DNA of 64,000 bases from Macrostomum lignano (GCA_002269645.1 NIVC01002267.1:1-64000); one strand, 5' to 3'. Numbered from the stretch's first letter, positions 12,389 to 25,689 are shown. Notes: a model not told the origin generated them from the sequence alone. Made by a program: numbers and translations.

Positions 12389-12864
12389 CTACAGAGTCTT
12401 GAGGAAAGCCCTGTATCGAGCTGGCGAGCAGTCAGCCACCCGGTTGCAAAACTCGGCATCGGAACCAGTCACGGCTTTAGTCAGCGAAGTGTACAGCGGC
12501 AGCTGCGGATCAAACTGAGCTCTGTTGAGCTCTGTTAGAAACTTCAAACGGGCCGCTACTCGCTGAGGCTGTTTAACCAGCACCAGAGGGTTGCTGGCAA
12601 TCAAGTCCGGGTGCAGCTTGTACACCGAGGTTAGCAGGGCGAAGTTGCGATACAAGCGAGTCTGTTCGCTTACCTGCGAATTGGGAACAGATTATAGCGA
12701 ATAGGATTATTTAGAGATAGCAAGACTAATTAGTTAATCAAATAGTTATAAAGAAAAAAGGTATTATAATTCGGGATAATGTAACAAGTATATGAGGTTT
12801 GCTAACGTGTTATGTGGGATTGGAATTACTTATGAAATATGGGGATAACCTATGATGTATGGGA

Positions 12865-12904
<40 letters not shown>

Positions 12905-13865
12905 TAATTTTATATATAAGGATAATTTATGATATATGGGAATAATTTATGAAATTTGGCGATAATCTATGATACATGGGGAAATTAAACAGTGGGATCA
13001 AATTCTAGAAAAACCTGGCGAGATAAAACTTGACACAAAGAATTTCAGAGAAAAAATCAATAATGTTCTTTGCTAATAAATCAATCAAACTTACCATCAG
13101 AGGCGGATGCAGTACAGCCATCTTTCTAGCCGCAGTAGCGCCCAGCTGCAATCCCTTAACTAAACAAGTTCTCACGCCAGCCAAATGCTCCATAGGAAAG
13201 GTGATAATTTTAGGACACTCCGTACTAGCGGACACCAGCTGGGCATTGCTAAACAGATAGAGACGCTGCAGTCTAGCTAGTCTAGAGTCAACTGACTCAG
13301 GCGACATTGACAATATTGTTGGCTGCCTACTGAGCATCTCAGGTGCTCGAACGAATCCAGCCCGTTGGAAATAGTCCAGCCGATCTCTAATAACCGGCAG
13401 AGGCGTTGCTAACAAGCTAGGAAACGCGCTAACAATATCAGCAGCCTCTCTTGGCAGGCAGCCAAATTCTAATAGCAGTTGAAATCTGGGCTTAAATTCG
13501 GTTTCGTAATCCAAGGACAGCAGCAGAGGCGCTGCTCCAGGGCAGCGCTCCGCTCGGCTTAAATCTACGCCCATGGACATCAGTTGTGACAGAGTGGACG
13601 AGGAATTAGCCAAATCTGCCAGAGTTTGAGCTCGACCAGATGCTGACAGGGCCACGGTTGATGTTGAAGCTAGCGAACTAGCGACTTTATCTAGCGAAAC
13701 TGCTGCTGCAGCTGTAGCCACGGAGTCCACTGATGCCTCATCACTGCCAGCTGATTTGTCAGAAATTAAACTGCAGAATCTTCTGATGAATAACTGCAGG
13801 CTTCCCTGGGCAGAGCGAGGGGCCAGATGTAGGAGGCTGGCCCGATAGAGAGCTGGAGGATGCAT
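12389..13865 (-). CDS. MTERF3: Mitochondrial transcription termination factor 3; 2 exons 13865-13095 and 12673-12389 (351 aa)
   Basis: STLSQLMSMGVDLS...LLLSLDYE and the C-terminal RAQFDPQLPLYTSLTKAV...FCNRVA...FLKTL* match MTERF3 as I recall it. Phase-0 GT-AG intron; the basic N-terminus could be a mitochondrial presequence. The start Met is inferred. Confidence 0.9.
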
Positions 13866-13949
13866 GCAAAAGATTAATTCAATAATCGATTTTGTAGTTA
13901 ACAATACTCATTGCATTTTTATTAGTTTCGTGCACCTAAGGATTGGGAA

Positions 13950-15087
13950 AGGGTGAGGGATGTACCAGGGCTAACTGAGTAAGGTGAGGGATGCACCAGG
14001 GTTACCTGGGTAGGGTGAGGGATGTACTTGGGGACTGGGAGGGTGAGGGGTGCAATTGGGGACTGGGAGGGTGAGATGTACCTAAGGACTGGGATAGGGT
14101 GAGATTTACATGAGGACTGGGAGGGTGAGATGTACCTGAGGACTGGGATAGGGTGAGATTTACATGAGGACTGGGATAGGGTGAGATGTACATGAGGACT
14201 GGGATAGGGTGAGATGTACCTGAGGACTGGTAGGGTGAGATTTACCTGAGGACCGGGAGGGTGAGATTTACCTGAGGACTGGGATAGGGTGAGATTTACA
14301 TGAGGACTGGGAGGGTGAGATGTACCTGAGGACTGGGATAGGGTGAGATTTACATGAGGACTGGGATAGGGTGAGATGTACATGAGGACTGGGATAGGGT
14401 GAGATGTACCTGAGGACTGGTAGGGTGAGATTTACATGAGGACTGGTAGGGTGAGATTTACCTAAGGACTGGTAGGGTGAGATTGACCTAAGGACTGGTA
14501 GGGTGAGATTTACCTGAGGACTGGTAGGGTGAGATGTACCTGAGGACTAGTAGGGTGAGATGTACATGAGGACTAGTAGGGTGAGATTTACCTGAGGACT
14601 GGTAGGGTGAGATTTACCTGAGGACTGGTAGGGTGAGATGTACCTGAGGACTAGTAGGGTGAGATGTACATGAGGACTGGGAGGGTGAGATTTACCTGAG
14701 GACTGGTAGGGTGAGATTTATCTGAGGACTGGTAGGGTGAGATGTGCCTGAGGACCGGGAGGGTGAGATGTACCTGAGGACTGGGAGGGTGAGATTTACC
14801 TGAGGACTGGTAGGGTGAGATTTATCTGAGGACTGGTAGGGTGAGATGTACCTGAGGACTGGTAGGGTGAGATGTACATGAGGACCGGGAGGGTGAGATG
14901 TACCTGAGGACCAGGAGGGTGAGATTTACCCGAGGACTGGGAGGGTCAGGTGTACCTGAGGACTGGTAGGGTGAGATGTACATGAGGACTGGTAGGGTGA
15001 GATTTACCTGAGGACTGGGATAGGGTGAGATTTACCTGAGGACTGGTAGGGTGAGATGTACCTGAGGACTGGTAGGGTGAGATGTAC
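13950..15087. repeat. ~26-30 bp minisatellite (GAGATGTACCTGAGGACTGGTAGGGT) upstream of MTERF3
   Basis: About 40 tandem copies. Confidence 0.96.
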
Positions 15088-16479
15088 CCCCTTAATTTCA
15101 AACTGTTATCCTTGCTATAGAGCGAGTAAGAAGAAACCACGTGAATTGAAACAGGCAAAAGTTAACTGAAGTTAGTAAATGGGAAACAGAAAAAAGAATT
15201 TTTTAAAAGAACGGTATATTTACTTAGTTAAGCATTGAATTCTCCTAAAATGTTTGTAAGAACAGCACAAAAGCCTAGGATATAATATTAAAAAAATTAT
15301 TTTTAAAAACTGAGGCTCACAAATCGCATTACAATCGATGACAATAAGAACTGTATGATAAAATATTTAATATAATATTAATATAAGCATTTCACGTACA
15401 ACCTTGATCGGTTATGCTGGGTGTTGCTGATTCTTGTGTAGTAGTGGCTTCAACAGTAACATTATATAATAAATTTAATAAGCAGTGAAATAAAGCTCGC
15501 ACTATGAATGAAACTATGGACAAAATCACGCATTACACAATGAAAAAACTAAACTGACAAAAAATGTTATTAAATTTTACTTTATCCGATACTATATGCA
15601 AGCGAGAATATTGCGAGAAATACTATAACATAAAAACTTAAGGTATGCCACGTCCCCGAGCAGAGAAAAAGTACAAATCAACTGGCTGAAACTGCTTTTA
15701 ACATTGAATTTCGTCTTAATAAAATAAGTGGCTAAACATGATTGTAAAATAGAAACCTGTTGTAACACTTGCTTTAAGTAACGCGCACAGCGATACAGAG
15801 ACACAGATACTAGAATAACTAGATGGGCCACTCAGCACATTTGCGTGTAAACTACTTTCATTTCAGTAGTAAGTTAAACAAAAGCATTTTAATGTAATTA
15901 TAAAGCCAAGGCTCATTTTATTGGCTTTTACCTCCAGCTTAAACACTCCAACCGCGCCTTTCCACACTACCCCCGCCCCTCCCCAATTTTCATTGCCCTT
16001 CTCTCGGAATTCCAACCTAAAGCGGCCATGTACATTTCAGTGGACTGGCCAACGTACATTACTACCGAACCAATTAGCAAGTTGCGTACGCCTGCAAACT
16101 TTGGCTTCTAAACTTATCAAAGCTGCGATAACTTTTTATAAAATAGCTGATGCATTTTTCTTTGCTACTGGACTGAAAGTAGAAAGCTGTTTACTATGTA
16201 TATATGCTTGAGTGGCCCAGCTAGTTATTTTAGTATCTTTGTACAGAGATGGAAGCTAATAAATGAATGGCAAAAGAAAATAAGACAGTTTGGAGTCACT
16301 TTTTAAATAAAAACACTAAACTATGACGCATTCAGAGATGCAAAAATAGCTACATTAATTACATTCTATCGAGTGCACAAATATAATACACAAATTTTCT
16401 CAGCATTCTACTGCCAGTAGAACAGAATGAATATGTTGCTCTTTTAAAATGTTCTCCAACTCTCGAATCAGTGGTTAAT

Positions 16480-16830
16480 TTAGGCCTTGCAACGAGTCAA
16501 TGATAGCAGCCTATCAGGATGAAAGAATTCAATATGCTCCAATAGGATGCACAGTTCTGTAGTGAGACACCTGGCGCACACGGGGCATCTGTACAGTACG
16601 CAGCGCAGCTTGTGGCCTAATTCAGCGTGCCCAGTTGATAAGTGCAGCCGAAGTGTGTCTGGCACTAGAGTCATGAATGTGCAAGCGGGACAGCGGAGTA
16701 CGTGAATTAATTCACCCAGCTGTTGCTGACCGACCTCTGGCTGGGGCACCTCCGCATTGCCATCATTATTGTTGGCTAAATTATTATTGTCGAAGTTGTT
16801 CACTTCGACTGGATTTTGTTGGCCAGCCAT
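16480..16830 (-). CDS. Small protein with two C2H2-type zinc-finger motifs (116 aa)
   Basis: CPACTFMTLVPDTLRLHLSTGH (C-x2-C-x12-H-x4-H) and CPVCARCLTTELCILLEHIEFFH (C-x2-C-x13-H-x4-H) after an Asn/Gln-rich N-terminus; GC-rich ORF in AT-rich surroundings. Confidence 0.6.
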   Translation of the reverse strand: MAGQQNPVEVNNFDNNNLANNNDGNAEVPQPEVGQQQLGELIHVLRCPACTFMTLVPDTLRLHLSTGHAELGHKLRCVLYRCPVCARCLTTELCILLEHIEFFHPDRLLSLTRCKA

Positions 16831-17909
16831 GCAATAAATTGAATATTACAAGATTAACTACTGTCTACTAACATCAGTATCATCATGATAACACTGGTAA
16901 ATTGAAGTCAGTTTTTGTTATGATTATTGTTGTAGTTATTAACTACTATTAGTTGAGATTATCAAATATTAATTATATATTTTTTATAATTTTGGAATAA
17001 GCATGTATTAACACTCAAATATATTTAAAATCTATTCTAGTATAATCTATTCATCTAGTATGATATTAGTATAATTAGAAATTCAAAAAAATATTTAAAT
17101 TATAAAAAATCCATTGTCCAAAATTCCAAATCCATTGCATTAAACCCAGTGAACACTTATAGCATCATTTGACCGTTGCAATTTGATCCTTGGCAAAAAA
17201 ATTAAATTCTTTCTAAAAGCATATAATGTCCTACTATTGTAACACTTATTCTAGATTAAGTTGGTAAATACACTATAACTTCATTTTTATAATTATTGCA
17301 AAAATAGATTTATTAAACTAAGCATTCAATAATACATAAATATGTTTTCACTCATTTAGCTCAAATTTGTGCCAAAAATAGAAATAGGCACAAGGATAAC
17401 AAGGGCATTGAGAAAGGTCAGAGTAATGTCCTTGGGTATGCAAAAATTATTATAACTTTGGGCTCATTCCATATAAGCATGGGTTGTAACATGATAGGCT
17501 ATTTTTACTTATAAAATGAAATCTAATAATAGAATATACTAAACCAATATTTTAAATGAAAGATAATTTTGTCTAGAATATATTTAGAGTTTCATATAGA
17601 TATCATCATTAGTATAGATGCTATTAAACCTTAAATGACACTTATGGTTGTAACGACAGGATTTTTGACATATAGAAACTAAAAGGTAAAAGTCTTATAA
17701 CATTTTTTATTTTTGATATTTTGCAATACATTTTTAAAATTTGACTCAGAACATCTTTAGAAATCATACTCTTTTATTAGAATATATAAACTCATAAAGG
17801 CAACAAAGATACAAAAGAAAAGGCAGCCTTATGAACATATGGTCATAACATTATGGTTACAGTAACATATTTTTTTCTATCAATTCAGTAACTTTGAGGT
17901 AGGGCCTAC

Positions 17910-18478
17910 GGCAATCCTACACTTCCGTTCAGTAAATTATTTTAACATTTGAATTTGTACCACCGAGTCAAATGACGTCGATTGGCAATGTGTCTATGGC
18001 CAAAAGTTTGAGCAAACAGATTTTAAGGGGGTGTCAGTTTAAGGGAGCTGTTGCTTGTGAGCTGCTTGTTTTTTGAGCTTCAATTTCTTATTTCCCATTG
18101 GCTACACTTCATAGATCCAGCAGACCCAACAGTCCACACCAACACCATGGAGGGCACATGGGCCCACGCGAAGCGCAAGATCCGCAACATGCATGGCACG
18201 AGCGACGCTCTCTTTGACGCACACATTAAGGAATTATGAATTCCTCTGGGGTCATCTGTATCCCCAATGTCCATTTGGGGCTATCCTGTACTGGATTGGA
18301 CATTACTATCCATTATAGACACCTTAATGACCTGCAGACACACTCTAAGTGACTATGCGCTCTAACAGACTGCTACCATGTTCCACTGTTTCAGTTTTGT
18401 TTGGTTACATTGTTATTTAACATGCCTGTTCAAAATTCAGTGTCAAAATAATTTACCGAACAGAAGTGTAGGATTGCC
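17910..18478 (+). mobile_element. Internally deleted Merlin (IS1016/ISXO2-like) DNA transposon
   Basis: ~47-bp imperfect TIRs beginning GGCAATCCTACACTTC; exact 8-bp TSD GGGCCTAC at 17902-17909 and 18479-18486; internal transposase remnant FIDPADPTVHTNTMEGTWAHAKRK...FLWGHLYPQCPFGAILYWIGHYYPL with a frameshift. Confidence 0.88.
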
Positions 18479-21400
18479 GGGCCTACTAATACATTAAAAA
18501 TATAATAGATTATTTGGTCACCAATGCTTTTATCTGATGATGCAAGTACTATACTTTTATCTATAGTTTGTTTCAACCTTCAAAACCTTTCTATTTGTTT
18601 TTAAAAGGTAGGCCTACAAAATCTTTCTGATGTCTTTTGCTTCAAAAAATGCCCAAATTTTTACAAAAATGACTTTTTGCCAATTGATAACATACTAATC
18701 CAACATTTTACCATTCCTTTATTCTTAGATTGTATATATTGCACATAAAAAACATTTGGTAAAAAAATAGGCTAATAAGACAATGGCAAGCAAAAATATT
18801 GACTTAGGCCTAGCATAGAAAAGAAAGATAAATAGGCCTAGGCCCTAATCATATAAATATTAGTCAAAAAGGGTGTTTTAAGTTTTTGTAATTCAAAAAA
18901 GGTTATTTATTGTTGCAACACTAGACTAGTTTTGACTAATTTGAGTGTGAGCAAGCACTCAATTTTTCTGTTTTGCATTTGTAACTAAGGCCTATTTAAT
19001 TTGGTTTTGGCATGCATATAGCATAATCTAGACTATTGGCTGGCTTATGCCTAGGCCTATACTTATTTGCCTAGGGCCTAATACAGACCCCAATTTTATG
19101 CCTAAAAATAAAATTTCTTTATAAGAGGCCTAATACTGGCTATATTTGCACTATATTTAATATAGAGATCTATGAGAATTGCCCATAGACAAATTGCCTG
19201 ACAAGATTTGCTTGCGAGAGATTTGCCTACACCTGGACACCGTCTGGCTGGAGATAATCTGGTTTACTGTCTGGCTGGACAAGAGAAATTTACATTAGCT
19301 ATTGAGATACGAAACAACTTTTAGTAATTCTGCCTCATTTTGTTGACGAATTCTCTCAGCTTGTTTTAACTGTTGACGAATTCGACTTCCTCCAATTTCT
19401 CACATTTTAGGTCTGTTGACGAATTCGGTGTAACCCATTAGTAGAGCCTGTCTAAGTGACTGAGTTGCAAGAGTTGGAAATTAGTTGAATGGATAAAATC
19501 CGTTCTAGTAGAGCTATTATAAGGGAAAAACCCTATCAAGGGATGATCGATCAAGGCACGCATTCAACCCTGGATGGCGTGGCGCCGGCGATGAGGCATT
19601 TGAGATTAGGCCTATGTTAAGCGAAAAGTTTAAATTGCCATATAGAATAAGAAGACAAAAAACAAATAAAAAGCGTAATAGAATGTAATGAAATCTTTAT
19701 TCTTTCTACTAAGCAGCTAATGGCAAAAAGTTGCAAACATACTGTAGTTTTTTAAGTAATTTCAGAACGTTTTATAAATCATGGAATTTAATTTCAGCGA
19801 GCCTTTTCATGCTTAAAATTCGAAGTTATCACGTGGTGCAAGCAGTGCAGCATTCAAACTGCTGTGTTATGTATAATGTACACTTTACTTTAGCCTTCCC
19901 CTTCAGTAAATATATTTTTGGAGCTTAGAAATCTCACAGTCAAAGTCAGCTTCGAGATTCAACTAAGCGTGTGTACCACTTTTCCCTCAACCAGCAGATT
20001 GTTTAAAAAATTAGCCCCGCTCTTGGCCGCATTTACGAGTATTATACAAAGTACATTACTCAAGTTAGTCATTGGTAGTGTACTGTGTGCACTAGTGTAT
20101 ACTTTGCACCTGTGTAAACGTGCAGTGTACACAGTATACATGTATATGTAATGCTTGAAAGTGCTTGAATATCCTTTAAAAGTACACATTTTACATGTAA
20201 ATAGAAGCAAGGGCATGCATGTGTATCTAAATTTACGGATTAGTGGCCATTACTATATAGCAATCCAATCTGCGCCATAACTTTCTCTGTTGTGCCTACA
20301 ACAACTCCTAATTGACCCTTTGGCATTTCAGAAACCCCCCATGAGCCATGACATCTACCTATCCCCATGGTCGAGTCTTTTATGGTAGAGCGATTTTATG
20401 GTTGAACCCCTATGCTAAGCCAATACCTAATCCTCCACCCGGATTGACAGCCACAGCATTTCAGCAATTCCCCCATCTCGCGTACAGCAATCCGACGTTG
20501 GCGACGCCGCTGGACATCCTATCCGTCAATGTGTAAAAACTAAATGTACATGATATGTACATATTTGTCAGCGACATCATAGCTGGACGTTGGGATGGAA
20601 CTTAAGTCGACGTCGCGCGTTTATTCACAGCAAGAGCTTCCTGCCGATGGCGCCATCGCCTGCGGCGATCGGTGCTGCAGGATGCGCTGCAGGATGCGCC
20701 TGAGTGTGTGTGTGTTTGTGTACATTGTGTACATTTGCGTACATGTGGTCCTATATACCGGAAATTGCGTACATCTATGCGTACAATTATGTCTATGCGC
20801 TACATTGTGTGTAGTTCGTTGCCCTGCGTTTGTAAATACAGTTTAGCCCGTGCACTGCATTGATGCCTACTTTTGTGTTAGGTACCTGCTTTTTATTAAA
20901 TACACTGCACCAAAAGCAACTTTAATCGGTACATACTGTGTTTTTGTAGAGGTGCCGGTATGCTTTTTAATACATATGTCTTTAGTGTAATTTGGTGTGC
21001 TTCTTCAACTTGGCTCGCGAATCTTGCACTATGGCTCTCTAGTGGAAAGTACTCTTACTTGTGCTGGTTGCGGGTGATTGTAAGGCTTTCTGCTTGACTT
21101 CTTTAGTTTACTTGATGGTTAAATGAGGAGTGGGAGCTGACGCGCCTACCTCGGGGGAGGAATGCAACCCCGCGGTCTGATGCAGCGCTTTCTGTTACCC
21201 CTCTCCGTCCGCACTGTACTTGGTCTCCGCTAGGATCACCCCTTGGGGTTAAGAGTGGGCGGGCCCTTTGTACTCGACCTTGGGTTAAAAACTCGCATTT
21301 GGAGGCTCTGGGGAGAGTTGCAGTGGAGTTTAACAAATTTCTGATAAGATCTCTTGCGGGGGCATGACACTCGTCTCGAAATAATAATAACCCGAACAAG

Positions 21401-21994
21401 TGCTGGATGCCCTTACTAGTTGGCGGGTTGTTACCTCTACAATTGTGCACTATTTCTGTCAATATTTTCCCCTGCATTATGTCAATATGTGCTACAGCGT
21501 GTCATAATATGATACTTTACGCACTAATATGTATCATAATTTTCCTGCATTATGCCTGCTTCTACCTCTACGATGTGTGTATTTTAGCCTATGCATCTAC
21601 ATAATTCGAATCTATAGTGTGTGCATATGCACCTGCATTATACTTGTATCTACTGTGCGTATGTGTATTTCAACCTATGTTTTACAATATACTAGCATCT
21701 ACAAGCGCCTACTACACTAATGAGTAGGTTCTGTGTATTATACCTACTATTTTGTCTATTTCACCTACTTTTCTGCCAAAATATCGATAAAATGCACCTA
21801 CATTGTGTGTTTTTTGCTGCCCATATGCTTAATTCTATATGTCCGTACACCTATATGTTTCGTAATATGTATTATGCACCGATATTTACACCTACTGATG
21901 TGATTAATATGTGTTTTGCTTACTTTTTATGTAAATATACGCAATTTCACCTACTATAAGTAGTTTTCACTAGCCTAATTTTGTGTTAATAGGT

Positions 21995-22330
21995 ATTGTT
22001 GACTACAAATCGATGTACACACATATCGGGAGAGTGTACACTCATATCGGGAGAGTGTACATTCATATTGGGAGAGTGTACACTTGTATTGGGAGAGTGT
22101 ACACTCATATTGGAAGAGTGTACCTTCGGCTCGGGAGGGGGCGCCCGCGGCGTACATTTCAGGGGCCTGGACGGCGCTTGGCACCTGTGGCTCGAGTGCC
22201 ATATGGTAGGATGTACATGCTGGGGTACATGTCGGTAGGGTCGCCTGCGACATACATGTTGGGGTACATGTCGGGAGGGTCGCCTGCGGCATACATGTCG
22301 AGAGGGATGCCTGCGTCATACATATCGGGG
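21995..22330 (+). repeat. Diverged direct repeat, copy 1 (CATATCGGGAGAGTGTACAC and GCCTGCGGC sub-repeats)
   Basis: Shares GTTGACTACA.ATCG.TGTACACACATATCGGGAGAGTGTAC and GGACGGCGCTTGGC with 24635-25010. Confidence 0.75.
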
Positions 22331-24634
22331 CGCATGGACGGGGCTCGAGTGGTGTACTCTTTGTGTGAATGCATTCTTGGTGTGTAACTCTTGACCGTCC
22401 CCTCCCTCCAGGAGCACTGCAAGTAGACTAGTATGGCTTGGTATTCGGAGTTGGCGTGTGTACGCAAAATACTCTTTGTAATATTTACCTGACCTGGGTT
22501 TGTAAGTTCTAATAACATATAAATGACTACTGCTGACCAGTTGACGCATCTGGATGGTGTGATAAAAACTAATAACGTACCGCGATTTCGAGAGAAATCC
22601 TAGCACAATACTGTTCTGTCTGGCATGTGGAAAAGTATTTACCCCGCCTTCGCTTACTCATACTGCATACCAACAAAGCTTATCTCTATTAGCAATCTGT
22701 TCGTGGTGGTTTAGAAGGATACTGTCTTCCTGTATATAGCTCTCTATCCCTTCATCACTCGTAATAGCTTCATAAATGTTCGCTTGACCAATGGCTGGTA
22801 CTGAACTAATAATTCATACGATACATGGTTAATACTTTCTAACTCCGTACAGCTCACAAGTTTCTACTCTCTACCTTATCAGTAACATTAAAATAAAAAA
22901 GGTAAAATTTGCTGCTTTTGTGCCTTGTTTGCTTACTTTTCTATTAAAATACTTGCGGTTTATAATTGAAAATGTCTGCTTTTTATTCAATTTTATGTGG
23001 ACGTGGTTTGAAGGTTTATTTTTGCTAAAATGCCTGGTTTCTTATAAAAATTTCTACTCTCGACAATGATTGTGTCTGCAGCTATTTCATTAAAATAACC
23101 TACTTTTTGAATAAAACGTTGTATTTAAGCCCCTAGTTTTTTCAAAACATAATGGAAACCCTCCTAACGCCCTTGGAACCTCCTCAAGCGGCTTACATAG
23201 AGCATGCAGACCCCGAAACCCCGTCTAGTGTGCCCTGATTTCAGCGGTCTAACGGTTAACATCTGTATTTTTACACTATATTTTCCTTCATACAGCAATA
23301 CAGGAGGGTTTGGAAGAGTGAGTCTGGCGGGAGAGGGGGCTTGTGGGGTGATGAGGATGCGTACACACAGTTTAGCCTGTTTTAGCCTACCTTTTGGGCT
23401 AATATACTTACTATTATAACTACTATTATACCTACTATGTACATACTATTATACTACCCACTATTAAACATGTTGCACTAAAACCAACTTTTGAAAATAC
23501 ATAGCGTGTTTTGGTTGATTCTCCCTCACGTCTCTACCCCTACACATGTGCTCTGCTCGCTTTGTTCTCTGTGTACCTCTCTGTAACGTCTCTGTACGCT
23601 CAGACTGGTTTCTCCGTCCCCACACGCACCTCTACTAAAGTTTGCTGTTACCTACCCCTACACACCGCTCTCTGTCTCCCTCCGCGCACACCTCTCTGGC
23701 CTTGCATGTATACTTGCATGTCTACTCCCCTGTCCTGCCCTCGCATGGGTCCCTGTCTATACATAGCTACCGGACCCTACCTCTCTGTGCCTTGCTCGGA
23801 ACTCTGTCCCAGGCCCCTCTTCACACTTCTCTGTCCCGGGCTGTAACTGGCTGACACGCGCCTCTCTGTTCCCCTGCCAGCGTGGCTGCCTACCCCTGCA
23901 CACTGCTCTCTGTACCCTCCTCTCCGCGCCTCTCTATCATCCTATTCCTGCAGCTGACCGTGCCGTTCAGCTCTGTCCACGCACGGCTCCACCCCTGCCC
24001 GTGTCTCACTGTACCGCTCTGTGTGGCTCCCTTACCCTGCGCGTTTGCTTCCTATCTCCCTCCTGCTCCATATGTTTCTGTTCCCTCACACTACGCACGC
24101 GTGGCCGGCTCTCTGTCCATACACATCTCTGCTCCTCCACTCTATCCTCGCGTGGCCCCTTGACTGTTCGCATGCCCCTGCATGCCCTGCCTGCCTCTCT
24201 GTCCCCTGCAACTGGGGAGGGAGCTCTCTATCCTCTGTACGGCTCTCTCTGTGGGGTGTGTGTGTGTGACTCACACTGCCTCTCTGTCCTAGCATGCGCC
24301 TCTCTATCCGGCTCCTGAAGCAGGCTGTGTTATTCACATCTCTGTCCACCCACCTCTCTCTGCCCGTACACGTTCACTGTACAGGGCTGCGTCAGCATCA
24401 GGGTTAAAACTTCTCGCTCCCTATGCTTCAACAGTATAATAATCTAGTGGCCGTCTCTCTGTCCACCCACCCCTTTCTGCCCGTACATGCCTCTCTGTAC
24501 AGGGCTGCGTCAGCGTTAGGGTTGAAACTTCTCGCTCCCTATACCCCCAAACCGTGTAGTGGCCTAGTATGGGCGCGACCTGGGTTCGATTTCGCTAGTT
24601 GAGATGTAGGCGAGAGAGGGGAAGAGGCCCGTAT

Positions 24635-25010
24635 CGTTGACTACATATCGGTGTACACACATATCGGGAGAGTGTACGCCCGTATTGGGAGAGTGTACAC
24701 CCATATCGGGAGAGTGGTAGAGTGTACATCCGTACTGGGGAGAGTGTACACTCGGGGTGCCTGCGGCTCGGGAGAGTGTACACTCGGGGCGCCTGCGGCA
24801 TGGGCGTCTGCGGCTCGGGAGGGTGCGCCTGCGGCTCGGGAGGGTGCGCCTGCGGCATGGGAGGGTGTACATATCAGGGTACATGTCGGTAGGGTGAGCA
24901 TACATATCGGTAGGTGCGCCTGCGGCTGGGGAGGGTCGCCGGTGGCTGGGGAGGGTCGCCTGCGGCTGGACGGCGCTTGGCGCCACGCGCCTGCGGCGCG
25001 CGCGCGCGCT
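24635..25010 (+). repeat. Diverged direct repeat, copy 2
   Basis: Same motifs in the same order as 21995-22330. Confidence 0.75.
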
Positions 25011-25137
25011 GAGCGCCGATATCGATACGGGTATCGATCACCTAGTGATCGGGGCGCCAGCCAATGAGAGGCGAGGAGGGTTGACACCCACCCCACCTCC
25101 AAAATCAACACTTACGCCGGCCCTTAGTAGTCACCTA

Positions 25138-25385
25138 CAGTGTAGCAATTTCCCCATGAGCCTTGACACCTAGCAATTTCCCCATGAGCCTTGACACCTA
25201 GCAATTTCCCCATGAGCCTTGAAACCTACAGTGTAGCAATTTCCCCATGAGCCTTGACATCTAGCAATTTCCCCATGAGCCTTGACACCTAGCAGTTTCC
25301 CCATGAGCCTTGAAACCTACAGTGTAGCAATTTCCCCATGAGCCTTGACATCTAGCAATTTCCCCATGAGCCTTGATACCTACAG
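25138..25385. repeat. 28/35-bp minisatellite (TAGCAATTTCCCCATGAGCCTTGACACC)
   Basis: About 8 copies; same family as 26482-26720. Confidence 0.92.
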
Positions 25386-25400
25386 CTTGGCAGTGGAAAA

Positions 25401-25689
25401 CGCCAAGTGGAAAATGCCTATGACACAAATCCCTAGAATCACTCAGTGAACAATTCCCGTCTGCTGGGAAGTTGTGTCCTAGCCGTTTTGAATTGGTTTT
25501 TGGACGAAACTAGACACAATTCCACTATCGAGAGTTCACGCCTCACACACAACTGCCTTACCGCGTCTCGGCTGGGTGTCTAGTTTCGTCCAAAAACCAA
25601 TTCAAAACGGCTAAGACACAACTTCCCAGACGGGAATTGTTCACTAAGCGATTCTAGGGATTTGTGTCATAGGCATTTTCCACTTGGCG
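25401..25689. mobile_element. Fold-back / MITE-like element with ~115-bp inverted arms
   Basis: 25401-25517 is a near-perfect reverse complement of 25576-25689 around a 58-bp spacer; no clear TSD. Confidence 0.7.
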
